64,000 nt of DNA from Bdellovibrionales bacterium (GTDB lineage Bacteria; Bdellovibrionota; Bdellovibrionia; Bdellovibrionales; JAGQZY01), in contig JANPLN010000002.1 of NCBI GenBank assembly GCA_031426555.1, forward strand, positions 64,001 to 128,000, written 5' to 3'. Shown here piece by piece: positions 41,983-52,622 of this stretch (position 1 is the first letter of the stretch; every line of letters begins with the position of its first letter). The notes beneath the pieces were generated by a model. It was not told the origin of the DNA. It saw nothing but the letters and a program-made list of their open reading frames with translations, and did not search any database. The position numbers were made by a program, and so were the translations under genes.

Positions 41983-44616
41983 TTAAAGCTCGGCCCAGTT
42001 TTTGCCTTTTGAGACGTTCACTTTAAGGGGCACATCCAGTGTCATGCAGTTTTCCATCAGGTTTTTAATTTTATTCATTTTATCATCGAGCTGGCTGTCG
42101 TCTTTGATTTCGAAAATCAATTCATCATGCACTTGCAAAACCATTTGCTCGCGAAATTCGTGCCCTACTTCAATCATGGCAAGCTTTACTAAGTCGCTGG
42201 ACATCCCCTGAATGGGAGCATTGATGGCTGCCCTTTCGGCAAAGGCCTTCATGTTGTTACTTTTTGAGCGAATTTCGGGGAGGTAACGCCGACGGCCCAA
42301 AATAGTTTCCACGTAGCCGTGAGTTTGCACAAACTCTACCACATCGGTCATGTATTTTTTAACCCCACTAAAACGCTGGAAATAGAGATCGATAATATCT
42401 TTGGCTTCGCTGCGAGGAATTTTAAGCCCTTCCGAAAGGCCGTAAACACCTTGACCGTAGGCAATTCCAAAATTGACCGCTTTGGCTTTGCGACGAAGAT
42501 CGTCGTCGACTTTATCCAGGGGCACCGAAAATATCTCGCTTGCCGCTTTTGAGTGAATATCTACATCTTGTAGGAATGCCTCTTTGAGTCCCTGATCTTT
42601 GGAAATATGGGCCAAGATTCGCAGTTCGATCTGACTGTAATCTGCCGAAACCAAAATATGTCCAGGCTCGGCAACAAAGGCGCGACGGATGCGCAAACCG
42701 CGCTCGGTGCGAATGGGAATGTTTTGCAGATTGGGTTGCACACTAGAAAGCCGACCAGTGGCCGTCAAAGCTTGATTGTACTGCGTGTGCACGCGGCCGC
42801 TTTCGCTATCTACGAGAGCTGGCAGGGCATCAACGTAAGTGGACTTCAACTTACTCAACTCGCGAAACTCGATCACGTTTTTCGTGATGGGAAACGTGTC
42901 TTCGTATTTCTCGAGAACGTCGGTATTTGTAGAATAGCCCGTTTTGGTTTTTTTGCCTTTAGGTAATCCCATTTTTTCAAACAGTATGTGACCCAACTGT
43001 TTGGGGCTTGCCACATTAAAAACTTCGCCGGCTTCTTCGTGGATTTCCTTTTCCACTTTGCGAATGCCTTCGGTGAGGGTGAGACTTTCTTTTTTTAAAA
43101 AATCCACATCAACTAAAACACCCTTCGTTTCCATGGCGGTTAAAAGATCTATGGTGGGCAGCTCTATGGTTTGCAGTACGCCTAGCATCGAAGTCTTTTG
43201 CAAATTCTTTGTTAGCTCATCTTTTAGTAGCAGATGTATTTGATAAAGTAATGAAGCATCCGGAAGATCTGGGACCGATTGTTTGGCGTAGAGCTCTGCC
43301 ACCGCAGCAAAAGATTCAACCGGGCCTGCATGGGCGATGTAAGCTGCAAGATAACTGTCCCATCCGGCGCGATGGGCTTTTTTCAGTTTAAGTTGTCGCC
43401 AACACAATTTGAGATCGTAGCCCATCCATTCGATGTCACCGCGGGAGTCCAATAGTTCGCGCAGTTGGGTTTCGTCGCCTTGATAGTGGCAAATTTGCTC
43501 GTCGTGCGCAAAAATATATTCCCGCTGATGATCCACAATCCAAAGTTGTTTTTTGTTTTCAAGCCAGGTTTTGAATTTGGCAAAATCCAGGGTTTGCACT
43601 TCGAACGACATTCTTTGGAGTGCGACGGGAACTGCAGAGGAGGCAGCGGCTGAGCCCTCACTGCCCGTTGAGATGACTGCGGGAATTTCGCCTGAAACCT
43701 CGTCTGGGCTTTGTTCTATGGATGCTGATTCTTTCGCAGCATCGAACGTGGTCGCTGAGGATGCGTCTTCACTCAACAGATTTTTTTTAAATGTCGAAAA
43801 TTCAAGCTCGTCTAAAACTTTAGAAAGCTCTTCGCGGTTGGGTTTTTGCAGTTTTAATCCCTCTACCGATAAGGGAATATCCATCTCTTGATCGATGGTG
43901 ACTAATTTCTTTGAGAGAAAAGCCATATCTTTGGCTTCCATTAATTTTTTTTGCAGATTTGCGTTCTTAACGTCGTCGAGATGCTCGTACAAATTTTCTA
44001 GGGAACCAAATTCTTCGATCAATTTTTGCGCCCCCTTGGGCCCTACTCCACGCACTCCAGGAATATTATCCGAAGCATCACCAGTCATCGCTAAATAATC
44101 GATAAAGTGTTTGGGATGCACTCCCCATTTTTCGATCACTTTTTCGATCGTAAAGCGAATGTCTTTCATGGTGTCGTACATGATCACGTTGTCGTTGATA
44201 AGCTGGGCAAAATCCTTGTCGCCACTGACAATAACCACTTGCATGCCGTGAGCTTGTCCATAACGAGTGAGAGTTCCGATAAGATCATCCGCTTCGAATC
44301 CTGGCTTCTCAAAGATAGGAATCCCCAAAACTTCTGTGAGTTTTTTGATATACGGAACTTGTGGTATGAGCTCCTCAGGCATTTCCGAGCGATTGGCCTT
44401 GTACTCTGTGTAAATCTCTTTTCGAAACGATGGCTCGGGACCATCAAAACAAAAAGCCAAATAATCGGGTTTGATGTCTTTTAAAAGTTTCACGATCATT
44501 GATAAAAAACCATACACTGCGTTGGTTGGAACGCCTTTTGAGGTGTTGAGAGGCCTCACTGCATAGAACGCCCGAAAAAACATAGAGCTCACATCAACCA
44601 GATATAACTTCTTCAT
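41983..44616 (-). CDS. polA: DNA polymerase I
   Basis: 5'-3' exonuclease (FFRAFYA, EADD, GDASDNIPGV); polymerase motifs DYSQIELR, KAVNFGIAYG, QVHDEL; start MKKLYL. Confidence 0.98.
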   Translation of the reverse strand: MKKLYLVDVSSMFFRAFYAVRPLNTSKGVPTNAVYGFLSMIVKLLKDIKPDYLAFCFDGPEPSFRKEIYTEYKANRSEMPEELIPQVPYIKKLTEVLGIPIFEKPGFEADDLIGTLTRYGQAHGMQVVIVSGDKDFAQLINDNVIMYDTMKDIRFTIEKVIEKWGVHPKHFIDYLAMTGDASDNIPGVRGVGPKGAQKLIEEFGSLENLYEHLDDVKNANLQKKLMEAKDMAFLSKKLVTIDQEMDIPLSVEGLKLQKPNREELSKVLDELEFSTFKKNLLSEDASSATTFDAAKESASIEQSPDEVSGEIPAVISTGSEGSAAASSAVPVALQRMSFEVQTLDFAKFKTWLENKKQLWIVDHQREYIFAHDEQICHYQGDETQLRELLDSRGDIEWMGYDLKLCWRQLKLKKAHRAGWDSYLAAYIAHAGPVESFAAVAELYAKQSVPDLPDASLLYQIHLLLKDELTKNLQKTSMLGVLQTIELPTIDLLTAMETKGVLVDVDFLKKESLTLTEGIRKVEKEIHEEAGEVFNVASPKQLGHILFEKMGLPKGKKTKTGYSTNTDVLEKYEDTFPITKNVIEFRELSKLKSTYVDALPALVDSESGRVHTQYNQALTATGRLSSVQPNLQNIPIRTERGLRIRRAFVAEPGHILVSADYSQIELRILAHISKDQGLKEAFLQDVDIHSKAASEIFSVPLDKVDDDLRRKAKAVNFGIAYGQGVYGLSEGLKIPRSEAKDIIDLYFQRFSGVKKYMTDVVEFVQTHGYVETILGRRRYLPEIRSKSNNMKAFAERAAINAPIQGMSSDLVKLAMIEVGHEFREQMVLQVHDELIFEIKDDSQLDDKMNKIKNLMENCMTLDVPLKVNVSKGKNWAEL

Positions 44617-44717
44617 TTGTTTTACCTTTTTGAAAAATAGATGAGCGACCTTAACCGATTGAGTCTCAAAATGAAACAATTCAGTTTAAAATAAGTTAAA
44701 AAAATTCGACAAAAGTC

Positions 44718-44744
44718 CTAATGTTTTTGAAGGATTGCCGATAA
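44718..44744 (+). promoter_or_regulatory. Sigma28 (FliA)-like promoter
   Basis: CTAA-N15-GCCGATAA upstream of the small ORF at 44764. Confidence 0.65.
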
Positions 44745-44763
44745 GGGAAGCTGCGGAGGTCCC

Positions 44764-44874
44764 ATGACTAAATACATTTTTATCGGTTTAAGTCTTATGT
44801 GGATGACCGTCTTTTATCAAAATTGCAGTCCCAATAAGACACTTGCGACAACGCAACAGGATTTAGCTAAATAA
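44764..44874 (+). CDS. Small (36 aa) lipoprotein, not in the ORF track
   Basis: MTKYIFIGLSLMWMTVFYQNCSPNKTLATTQQDLAK; GGAGGT RBS; QNC lipobox. Confidence 0.7.
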   Translation: MTKYIFIGLSLMWMTVFYQNCSPNKTLATTQQDLAK

Positions 44875-44875
44875 C

Positions 44876-45178
44876 CTACTCGCCGTCTGAAAATACAAAG
44901 ACCAACTCATCTTCGCGAACCAACCCCAGCTGCTCTGTGGCCTGACGTTCGATAAACGAATGGGAACGCGCCGCTTCGACGCGAAACTGCAACGATTGCA
45001 CATCCTGCTCAATGGCATGAATTCTTTTTTGCATTTCTTTTTCGTTGCGATGCAAGCTCCACAGATTCCAAAAGCTTCCATCATAAAGAAGCATCAGAAC
45101 AGTCAGCAGCACCGAACACAGCAGCACCTTAAGGGGTTGATTGAGAAAATCCATGGCCGATGTTTTGAGGGTCGTCAT
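44876..45178 (-). CDS. Septum formation initiator (FtsB/DivIC-like)
   Basis: TM + coiled coil + FIERQATEQLGLVREDELVFVF; downstream of eno. Confidence 0.8.
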   Translation of the reverse strand: MTTLKTSAMDFLNQPLKVLLCSVLLTVLMLLYDGSFWNLWSLHRNEKEMQKRIHAIEQDVQSLQFRVEAARSHSFIERQATEQLGLVREDELVFVFSDGE

Positions 45179-45198
45179 TGCTCTATGATAAGACCACT

Positions 45199-46571
<1,373 letters not shown>

Positions 46572-47600
46572 TTAGATAGGTAAAGGTAAATTTTCGTCGA
46601 AGGACGTTTTCGACTCCGTTGATTTTTTAAACTTTTCAAAACTCAATGATAAGTCCTGCATGGTGGCTTTGTTTTTTAACAAGCGCTCGCACGCCTCTTC
46701 GACCATTTGATTGTACGACGATTGCACGTGTTGCCAGTCCATGCGGCGCATGGCTTCGTCCACCTGTTTGGTTTTGCGACCCGAGTGAACTAAAAACGTA
46801 ACCAGCTGTTGCGAGCGAACAAAATAATCATGCAGTTTTAAAAAATCACTTTTTACAGCTAGTGATTCTTGCAGAAAGAACTCAAACTTCGAAGACGTTT
46901 CGCGCAGAAAAGTTTGCAGTTCGCGCAGTTCTTCGGAATTGATGCTCACAGTTTCGTGGGCGACGGAGCGATTTTCTAAATTCTTTTGATGTTTTTCCAA
47001 ACTCTCCATCATGCTGCGCACCCATTGCGGGTTAAACTGGCGAAGATGCATCTCGTCTTCTGGAAGGAGAGTTTCCTGAGTTTGTTTCCACAAAATATCA
47101 ATTTGGCTGTCTTGCCATTTCACCGATGCCAGTGGCTGTCGCATGTACAGCGGCAAACCCTCGAGGGCTCCCGTTAAATACATTGTAATAAAAGGATACT
47201 GCGAAGCGAGGACCGGCAACTGAAAGCGAATCACTTCGCCGTCTTGGCGCCACGAAGCGATGGGCGGCTCGGGAGAAATAAAATACGAGATAAAACGCGA
47301 GGGCTGGCAATAAATATCTTGCGGAGATTCCACCATTTTCAGAACACTGTCGAGAACACCCCACGTGCGCAGCTGTTCGTTCTGTCGGCCGATTTCGCGC
47401 AAATAGTTATCTGGAATATCGGTGAACAACGCATCGATATCCTTGAGAAGGGTTTCCATTTTTTCGGCTTCCAACCAGCACGAGGTGTCGCGCAAAAAAT
47501 CTTCTGGAACATCAAGATTTTGATAAAAGGGAGACAGGTCCCTTCCTTGACGTTCTAAAAAAGTAAGAATGGAATTGGAAACTTTGCAGCTAATGAGCAC
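46572..47600 (-). CDS. Hypothetical cytoplasmic protein with a coiled-coil C-terminus
   Basis: Long ORF; GTG start at 47600 after a purine-rich RBS-like stretch. Confidence 0.7.
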   Translation of the reverse strand: MLISCKVSNSILTFLERQGRDLSPFYQNLDVPEDFLRDTSCWLEAEKMETLLKDIDALFTDIPDNYLREIGRQNEQLRTWGVLDSVLKMVESPQDIYCQPSRFISYFISPEPPIASWRQDGEVIRFQLPVLASQYPFITMYLTGALEGLPLYMRQPLASVKWQDSQIDILWKQTQETLLPEDEMHLRQFNPQWVRSMMESLEKHQKNLENRSVAHETVSINSEELRELQTFLRETSSKFEFFLQESLAVKSDFLKLHDYFVRSQQLVTFLVHSGRKTKQVDEAMRRMDWQHVQSSYNQMVEEACERLLKNKATMQDLSLSFEKFKKSTESKTSFDENLPLPI

Positions 47601-47672
47601 GCTTCTTTTTCCTCTATTTTCAGAGGGAAAACAAACGATACCACGCACCTCGTACAGGTGCGGCAATGAATG

Positions 47673-48794
47673 TTACGAAGCTTTTTTGTTGGTAAAAAAT
47701 TTGCTGCGCGGAAACGGAATTCTATTGTCCTCGAGCTCACGCATGAACGTGGGCAGCATTCCAGTGGGCTCAATTTGCCCCTTTAATTTGCCGTCGGGAT
47801 TTCGCGTTAAGCTGCTAATTTTATAGATATCTTCTGTTTTGTAAGTGCCGTCGTCGCCAAGCCCAATGGCTTCAGAGATGGACATCACTTTACGCGACCC
47901 ATCAGAAACCCGGGAAATCTGCACAACGATTTCGATGGCTGACGAGATGGAATGACGGAGCGCTTTTTCGCTGATTTTATTCTCCCCGCCCATGGCCAAT
48001 GCTTCGAGTCTGAGCAAAGCGTCGGGCGCGGAATTGGCGTGGATTGTTCCCAAGCATCCTTTGTGACCTGTATTCATGGCTTGAATCAATTCCATGCCCT
48101 CTGACCCACGGACCTCTCCCACAATGATGCGATCCGGTCGCAAACGGAGACTGCTTTTGAGCAAATCGTACATGCTCACTTCGCCTTTGCCCATTTCATC
48201 GGCCATTTTGGTTTCAAAACGAACGACGTGTTCGTAATCGATGATTAATTCGCTGGCATCTTCGATAACGATAATTCTTTGGCCTTTTGGAATTCGGCTG
48301 CAAAGTAAACCGAGAAGCGTTGTTTTTCCTGAGCCCGTTCCACCGCTCACTAGTATATTTTTTCCTAGAAACATGCAAATTTCTAAAAATTGAGCGGCAT
48401 CTGGTGTGATGGCTCCCCACTCGATATACTTTTTAAAATCGATTTTGGTTTTGCTAAATTTTCGAATACTCACTGTGGGGCCGCTCATGGCGCACGGGCG
48501 AATCACCGCGTGAATTCGCGAACCATCGGGAAGTCGTGCATCCAAACGCGGTTCATCTTTCGTGATCCGGCGTTTTACGTATTGAGCAATATTATTAATC
48601 CCCGCAAGTAAATCATCTTCAGAGGCAAAAACCGCCTCTGTGCGATGCAGTTTTCCCCCGCGTTCGATAAAAATATCGTTGGGACCATTGATGAGAATCT
48701 CAGTAATTGAAGGGTCTTCGAGATACTCGAAGACCGGTGCTAAATAGTTTTTGAGCGACTCTTTAAAGAGATCTTTTTCACTCGCTTTACTCAT
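47673..48794 (-). CDS. CpaF/TadA-family secretion ATPase
   Basis: DARLPDGSR, SIRKF, GGTGSGKTTLL, LRLRPDRIIVGEVRG, AMNTGH.G. Confidence 0.92.
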   Translation of the reverse strand: MSKASEKDLFKESLKNYLAPVFEYLEDPSITEILINGPNDIFIERGGKLHRTEAVFASEDDLLAGINNIAQYVKRRITKDEPRLDARLPDGSRIHAVIRPCAMSGPTVSIRKFSKTKIDFKKYIEWGAITPDAAQFLEICMFLGKNILVSGGTGSGKTTLLGLLCSRIPKGQRIIVIEDASELIIDYEHVVRFETKMADEMGKGEVSMYDLLKSSLRLRPDRIIVGEVRGSEGMELIQAMNTGHKGCLGTIHANSAPDALLRLEALAMGGENKISEKALRHSISSAIEIVVQISRVSDGSRKVMSISEAIGLGDDGTYKTEDIYKISSLTRNPDGKLKGQIEPTGMLPTFMRELEDNRIPFPRSKFFTNKKAS

Positions 48795-49332
48795 CGCCTC
48801 CCCTTATGATTGCTGGTGGTACGGCCTCGTCGCCTTGTTGCGCTGGCTGACGAATTTGAATCGCCGGCACGGGTTGCAACTGTTCTTCGGGACCATAAAC
48901 TAAAACTTTTCCGATAAACTCAGCTTCTGGACAGTAAAACTGAAAAAGACCTTCTTTTTGCGGTTTTACTGTAAACGTCACCACTTCGCCAAAATACGTT
49001 CCGTGGTGTTCGGCAAAAGCATCTAACATGAAACTAACATTTTTTTTGTTTTTATTCACGTTCACAACAGAAACTTGATAAATCTGGTCTTTCTTGAGTC
49101 GCAATACATTGGGAACAAAACCTTTGTCTGTATTGGCGATGACCACTTCTTCCTTAGGCATTTCTTTATCGAAAATTTGCTCAAGCGGGCCTTGTTTTTT
49201 TTCGTCGGCCACCAAGTCCTCAAGCTCCATGCGCTTTAAATCTTTCTGACGACGTGAAAGATCAATCTTCCAGTCACCAAAAGCTGTCGCCGAAAACGAA
49301 ATTAGAATAATAACTAAATAAATCTTTTGCAT
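48787..49332 (-). CDS. Secreted cupredoxin-like domain protein
   Basis: Signal peptide; GFVPNVLRLKK...FTVKPQKEGLFQFYCP...G. Confidence 0.65.
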   Translation of the reverse strand: MQKIYLVIILISFSATAFGDWKIDLSRRQKDLKRMELEDLVADEKKQGPLEQIFDKEMPKEEVVIANTDKGFVPNVLRLKKDQIYQVSVVNVNKNKKNVSFMLDAFAEHHGTYFGEVVTFTVKPQKEGLFQFYCPEAEFIGKVLVYGPEEQLQPVPAIQIRQPAQQGDEAVPPAIIRGGDE

Positions 49333-49349
49333 AAATCCCCCTCGCATTC

Positions 49350-49628
49350 CTAATGAACCACAGTGTTCGTGTGAAAATACATCAACTCTTTCGCCACTAA
49401 CATCGCTAAGTAGTTGAGCGTCTGCTGATCAAAAGTTTGCAACTCATCTATCAACTCTTCGTAACTTCCCGGACACTGATTAACCGCTTCGAGAATGGGT
49501 TTTAAAACCCAAGGTTGAGTATCGAGTTTTCCAAACTCATCACTCCAGTCCATTTTTAACACTGGGTCGATAACCCCCATGTGATAAAGTGCATCGAAGA
49601 CTCGCTGTAGATCACCTTGAAGAAACAT
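49350..49628 (-). CDS. Small hypothetical protein
   Basis: Strong AAGGAGG RBS; sigma28-like promoter upstream. Confidence 0.75.
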   Translation of the reverse strand: MFLQGDLQRVFDALYHMGVIDPVLKMDWSDEFGKLDTQPWVLKPILEAVNQCPGSYEELIDELQTFDQQTLNYLAMLVAKELMYFHTNTVVH

Positions 49629-49653
49629 CCCAATCCTCCTTGATTGTATCTAA

Positions 49654-49681
49654 AGATCGGCTCATTTTGAGATACTCTTGA
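49654..49681 (-). promoter_or_regulatory. Sigma28 (FliA)-like promoter
   Basis: Minus strand TCAAG-N15-GCCGATCT. Confidence 0.6.
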
Positions 49682-49805
49682 GTCCAGTTTAATAGGCGAA
49701 ATGCGCCGCGGTGCCACTGGATCTTGGTCGAACGTTCGATTTAACACCGAGCCACATTTAAGAAATCAACTGTCGGTCCGGGGCAGAAAAGTGTAATGTC
49801 CAGAC

Positions 49806-50468
49806 ATGATACCCAAGATGCTATTGTGTTCCGCAATTTGTTTTTTTTGCGCTCTTAGCCAAGCTGAGGATGAGTGCCTATCTTGGTTTAAGAATGCTGG
49901 TTTAGCGAGCGGCTCCGAATGTCACCTAAAATGCACAACTCTATCTGTAGATATGGGTACTTTCGATTGCCCAAATCAATGCGACAGACTATGTAAGAGT
50001 CGTGCTGAAACTACAGACCTTCCTCTCAAATATCCAAAAGGTCTTACAAAAGGGGACCGAGCAATGATTGCGAAACGTCCCAAAGAAGCGATAAAAGTCT
50101 ATCAGGCAAAACAAAAAGCTGATGATTTAACTCTTAAAATTTTCAAGCAACAGGGACGAAATGATGAAAGCGATGCTTTTCGACACTTTGTCTGGGCAGC
50201 CCTTATCACTAAAGATTTAGGGCGAAATGTTGCAAATGAATTTTTAAACGCTCACGAAGATGAGGATGGACAACCGAAGCTGGAAAAAGAAATGGACATC
50301 TTCAATAATAAGATGGGCTCAAATTTAATAATTGAAAAAACTAATAATGGAGCTGCTTTAGAATTAGATCAAATAGAAAAATTCGCGCTCGAAAAATTGA
50401 AATCTAATGAGCTTAAAGTTCTTAACCCATCAAAAAAGAAAATTCCTGATGGCTACTACAGCAAGTGA
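49806..50468 (+). CDS. Secreted Cys-rich protein with a DUF6973-like RH/HE/MD..NN domain
   Basis: DAFRHFVWA, NAHE, MDIFNNKMG; N-terminal Cys cluster. Confidence 0.65.
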   Translation: MIPKMLLCSAICFFCALSQAEDECLSWFKNAGLASGSECHLKCTTLSVDMGTFDCPNQCDRLCKSRAETTDLPLKYPKGLTKGDRAMIAKRPKEAIKVYQAKQKADDLTLKIFKQQGRNDESDAFRHFVWAALITKDLGRNVANEFLNAHEDEDGQPKLEKEMDIFNNKMGSNLIIEKTNNGAALELDQIEKFALEKLKSNELKVLNPSKKKIPDGYYSK

Positions 50469-51396
50469 TCCTAAAAGCCTTCTTCTAACTGGCGCAATCA
50501 GTACTACCTTGGTCGCTACTATGATGGGCAAATTTGGTGAATATTTTTGGCTCTTAGATTTATTTTCCCATTTTACAATGCAATATTTTTGTTTAAATTT
50601 TATCTTTTTTATAATAGTTCTAGTTTTAAATAAAAAACACTACTTGCAACTTCTAATGATCCTGTTGATCTTTTCGTTTAACCTTGCAAATTTGTTACCT
50701 TTTTATCAAGTAAAAAATTCTGCACGTACTGTTTCAAGTAAAGATATTAAAATAGTTTCTTTAAACATTAATAGCCAAAATAAAGACTGGAAACCTCTTT
50801 CTAATTATTTAAAAGAGTACAACCCAGATATTATTATATTAACCGAACTCACTCCTGCTTTTGGTGCTGATTTGGGAGTTTTAAAAAATATATATCCGTT
50901 CGGCAAAGCTGTTATGGATGACGGTAATTTTGGGATTGGTATCATTAGCAAAATTCCTCTAGATAAAACTGAGATTCATAGACAAAGTTCTTCTCAAATT
51001 CCCTTCATAACTACAGAAATTAAAACGAATAGTACGACATTAAATATTGTAGCAATTCACCCATTCCCTCCGCTAGGCTCCGAAGGTACGCTCCTACGAA
51101 ATGACTACTTAGATCAAGTTTCCCAATTTATTCAAAAATCAGACTCACCGACAATTCTCTGCGGCGATTTTAATGCAACCCCGTGGTCTTATCCGTTTAA
51201 AAAAATGATGGCCGAAACTAAACTCACATTGCCCCTGGGATCTGGAGTTATTGCCACATGGCCAACGTCTTTACCTTTTTTAAGAATACCTATTGATCAC
51301 TGTTTAACTTCACCAACGCTTCATATTCTCAACTACTCTCGTGGTCCTAATGTAGGGTCAGATCATTTTCCGTTTCAGATGAGAATTGATTTCTAG
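50449..51396 (+). CDS. Membrane-anchored endonuclease/exonuclease/phosphatase (EEP) family protein
   Basis: N-terminal TMs; SLNI, GDFNATPWS, PIDH, GSDHFP. Confidence 0.88.
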   Translation: MATTASDPKSLLLTGAISTTLVATMMGKFGEYFWLLDLFSHFTMQYFCLNFIFFIIVLVLNKKHYLQLLMILLIFSFNLANLLPFYQVKNSARTVSSKDIKIVSLNINSQNKDWKPLSNYLKEYNPDIIILTELTPAFGADLGVLKNIYPFGKAVMDDGNFGIGIISKIPLDKTEIHRQSSSQIPFITTEIKTNSTTLNIVAIHPFPPLGSEGTLLRNDYLDQVSQFIQKSDSPTILCGDFNATPWSYPFKKMMAETKLTLPLGSGVIATWPTSLPFLRIPIDHCLTSPTLHILNYSRGPNVGSDHFPFQMRIDF

Positions 51397-51551
51397 CCAT
51401 GGCATAACGCACTCGCTTCTCTCAGCCGTAGGGCTAATCACCTTGTTTTCATTTACAAGTCATCTCATTTGTAACTTACGAAAAGTACAGGCCATTTGTT
51501 GACCTCTCTACCCACTCAAACTTATGTAGTAGATCTCACGAAGGGGAATGC

Positions 51552-52622
51552 ATGTTTCAATTACTTATCACTTTACTGCTGGCTCAGGCGCAACTCACTC
51601 CACAGAATCTTTACATTCAAGGTTACGCGCAAAACGCCTTCTTACTATATTCAAAATCTGCAGAAGAAGCACAAACGCTCAATCAATTAGTGAAAGACTT
51701 TGTCGCCAACCCCACTCAGGAGAAACTTGAAGCGGCGAAAGCGCAGTGGATTGTTGCGCGAAAAATTTATTCACAAACCGAGACCTACCGTTTTTTCGAC
51801 AGCCCCATCGACGACGCCGATGGCCCCGAGGGATTGATCAACGCCTGGCCCATGGACGAAGCCTACATTGATTCTGTCAAAGGCAAAAGCAATAGCGGCA
51901 TTATCAACGATCGCCAAGGATACCCGGTTATCGATAAAAATACGCTTTTGTCTCTCAACGAAAAAGATGGCGAGAAAAACATTTCCACCGGCTGGCATGC
52001 CATTGAGTTTTTGTTGTGGGGTCAGGACTTTTCCACAAATGGGCCCGGCACTCGCAGCTTTGAAGATTTTGTTGATGGCAGAATGCCCAATGCCGATCGC
52101 CGTCGACTTTACTTGAGTGTGATTACTGAACTTCTTGTAGAGCACATTCAGTCCGTGGCCGTTCAATGGAATCCCAGCAGCAGCAATAACTACTACGCGA
52201 GTTTTGTAAATGCACCTGACTCTCTTTCAAAAGTTGTGGAGTCCCTGCGGTTTTTTGCTGGTGAAGAACTGAGCATTGAACGCATGTTCGTGGCCTACGA
52301 CATGCAAGATCAGGAGGATGAGCATTCCTGCTTTAGTGATACCACTCACTACGATCTCTACTACAATTATCTTGGGATCAAAAATACGCTCCTGCAAAAA
52401 TACAATGGCATTTCATTGGTTTCACTCATTGCCGACAATGACGCAACTTTAGCGAGTCAGATCGGGGCCCAAGCCATTGCCATCGACTCCGCATTATTTC
52501 AATTTCCGGCGCCCTTCGACCAAGCAATTTTTATAGATTCGTCCCGTGAAACGATAAAATGGATCATCGACTCCCTGCAAGGACTTGCAGAATCGATTCA
52601 ACAGGCTAAGACGATTCTGTGA
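51552..52622 (+). CDS. Imelysin-family (IrpA-like) protein
   Basis: INAWPMDE, STGWHAIEFLLWGQD, EDEHSCFSDTT. Confidence 0.9.
   Translation: MFQLLITLLLAQAQLTPQNLYIQGYAQNAFLLYSKSAEEAQTLNQLVKDFVANPTQEKLEAAKAQWIVARKIYSQTETYRFFDSPIDDADGPEGLINAWPMDEAYIDSVKGKSNSGIINDRQGYPVIDKNTLLSLNEKDGEKNISTGWHAIEFLLWGQDFSTNGPGTRSFEDFVDGRMPNADRRRLYLSVITELLVEHIQSVAVQWNPSSSNNYYASFVNAPDSLSKVVESLRFFAGEELSIERMFVAYDMQDQEDEHSCFSDTTHYDLYYNYLGIKNTLLQKYNGISLVSLIADNDATLASQIGAQAIAIDSALFQFPAPFDQAIFIDSSRETIKWIIDSLQGLAESIQQAKTIL

Noticed and set aside
41784..42012. Mirror-image ORFs 41784..41966 (-) and 41809..42012 (+) with near-identical peptides
   Set aside because: Artefact of the long palindrome; no RBS, and they overlap real gene ends.
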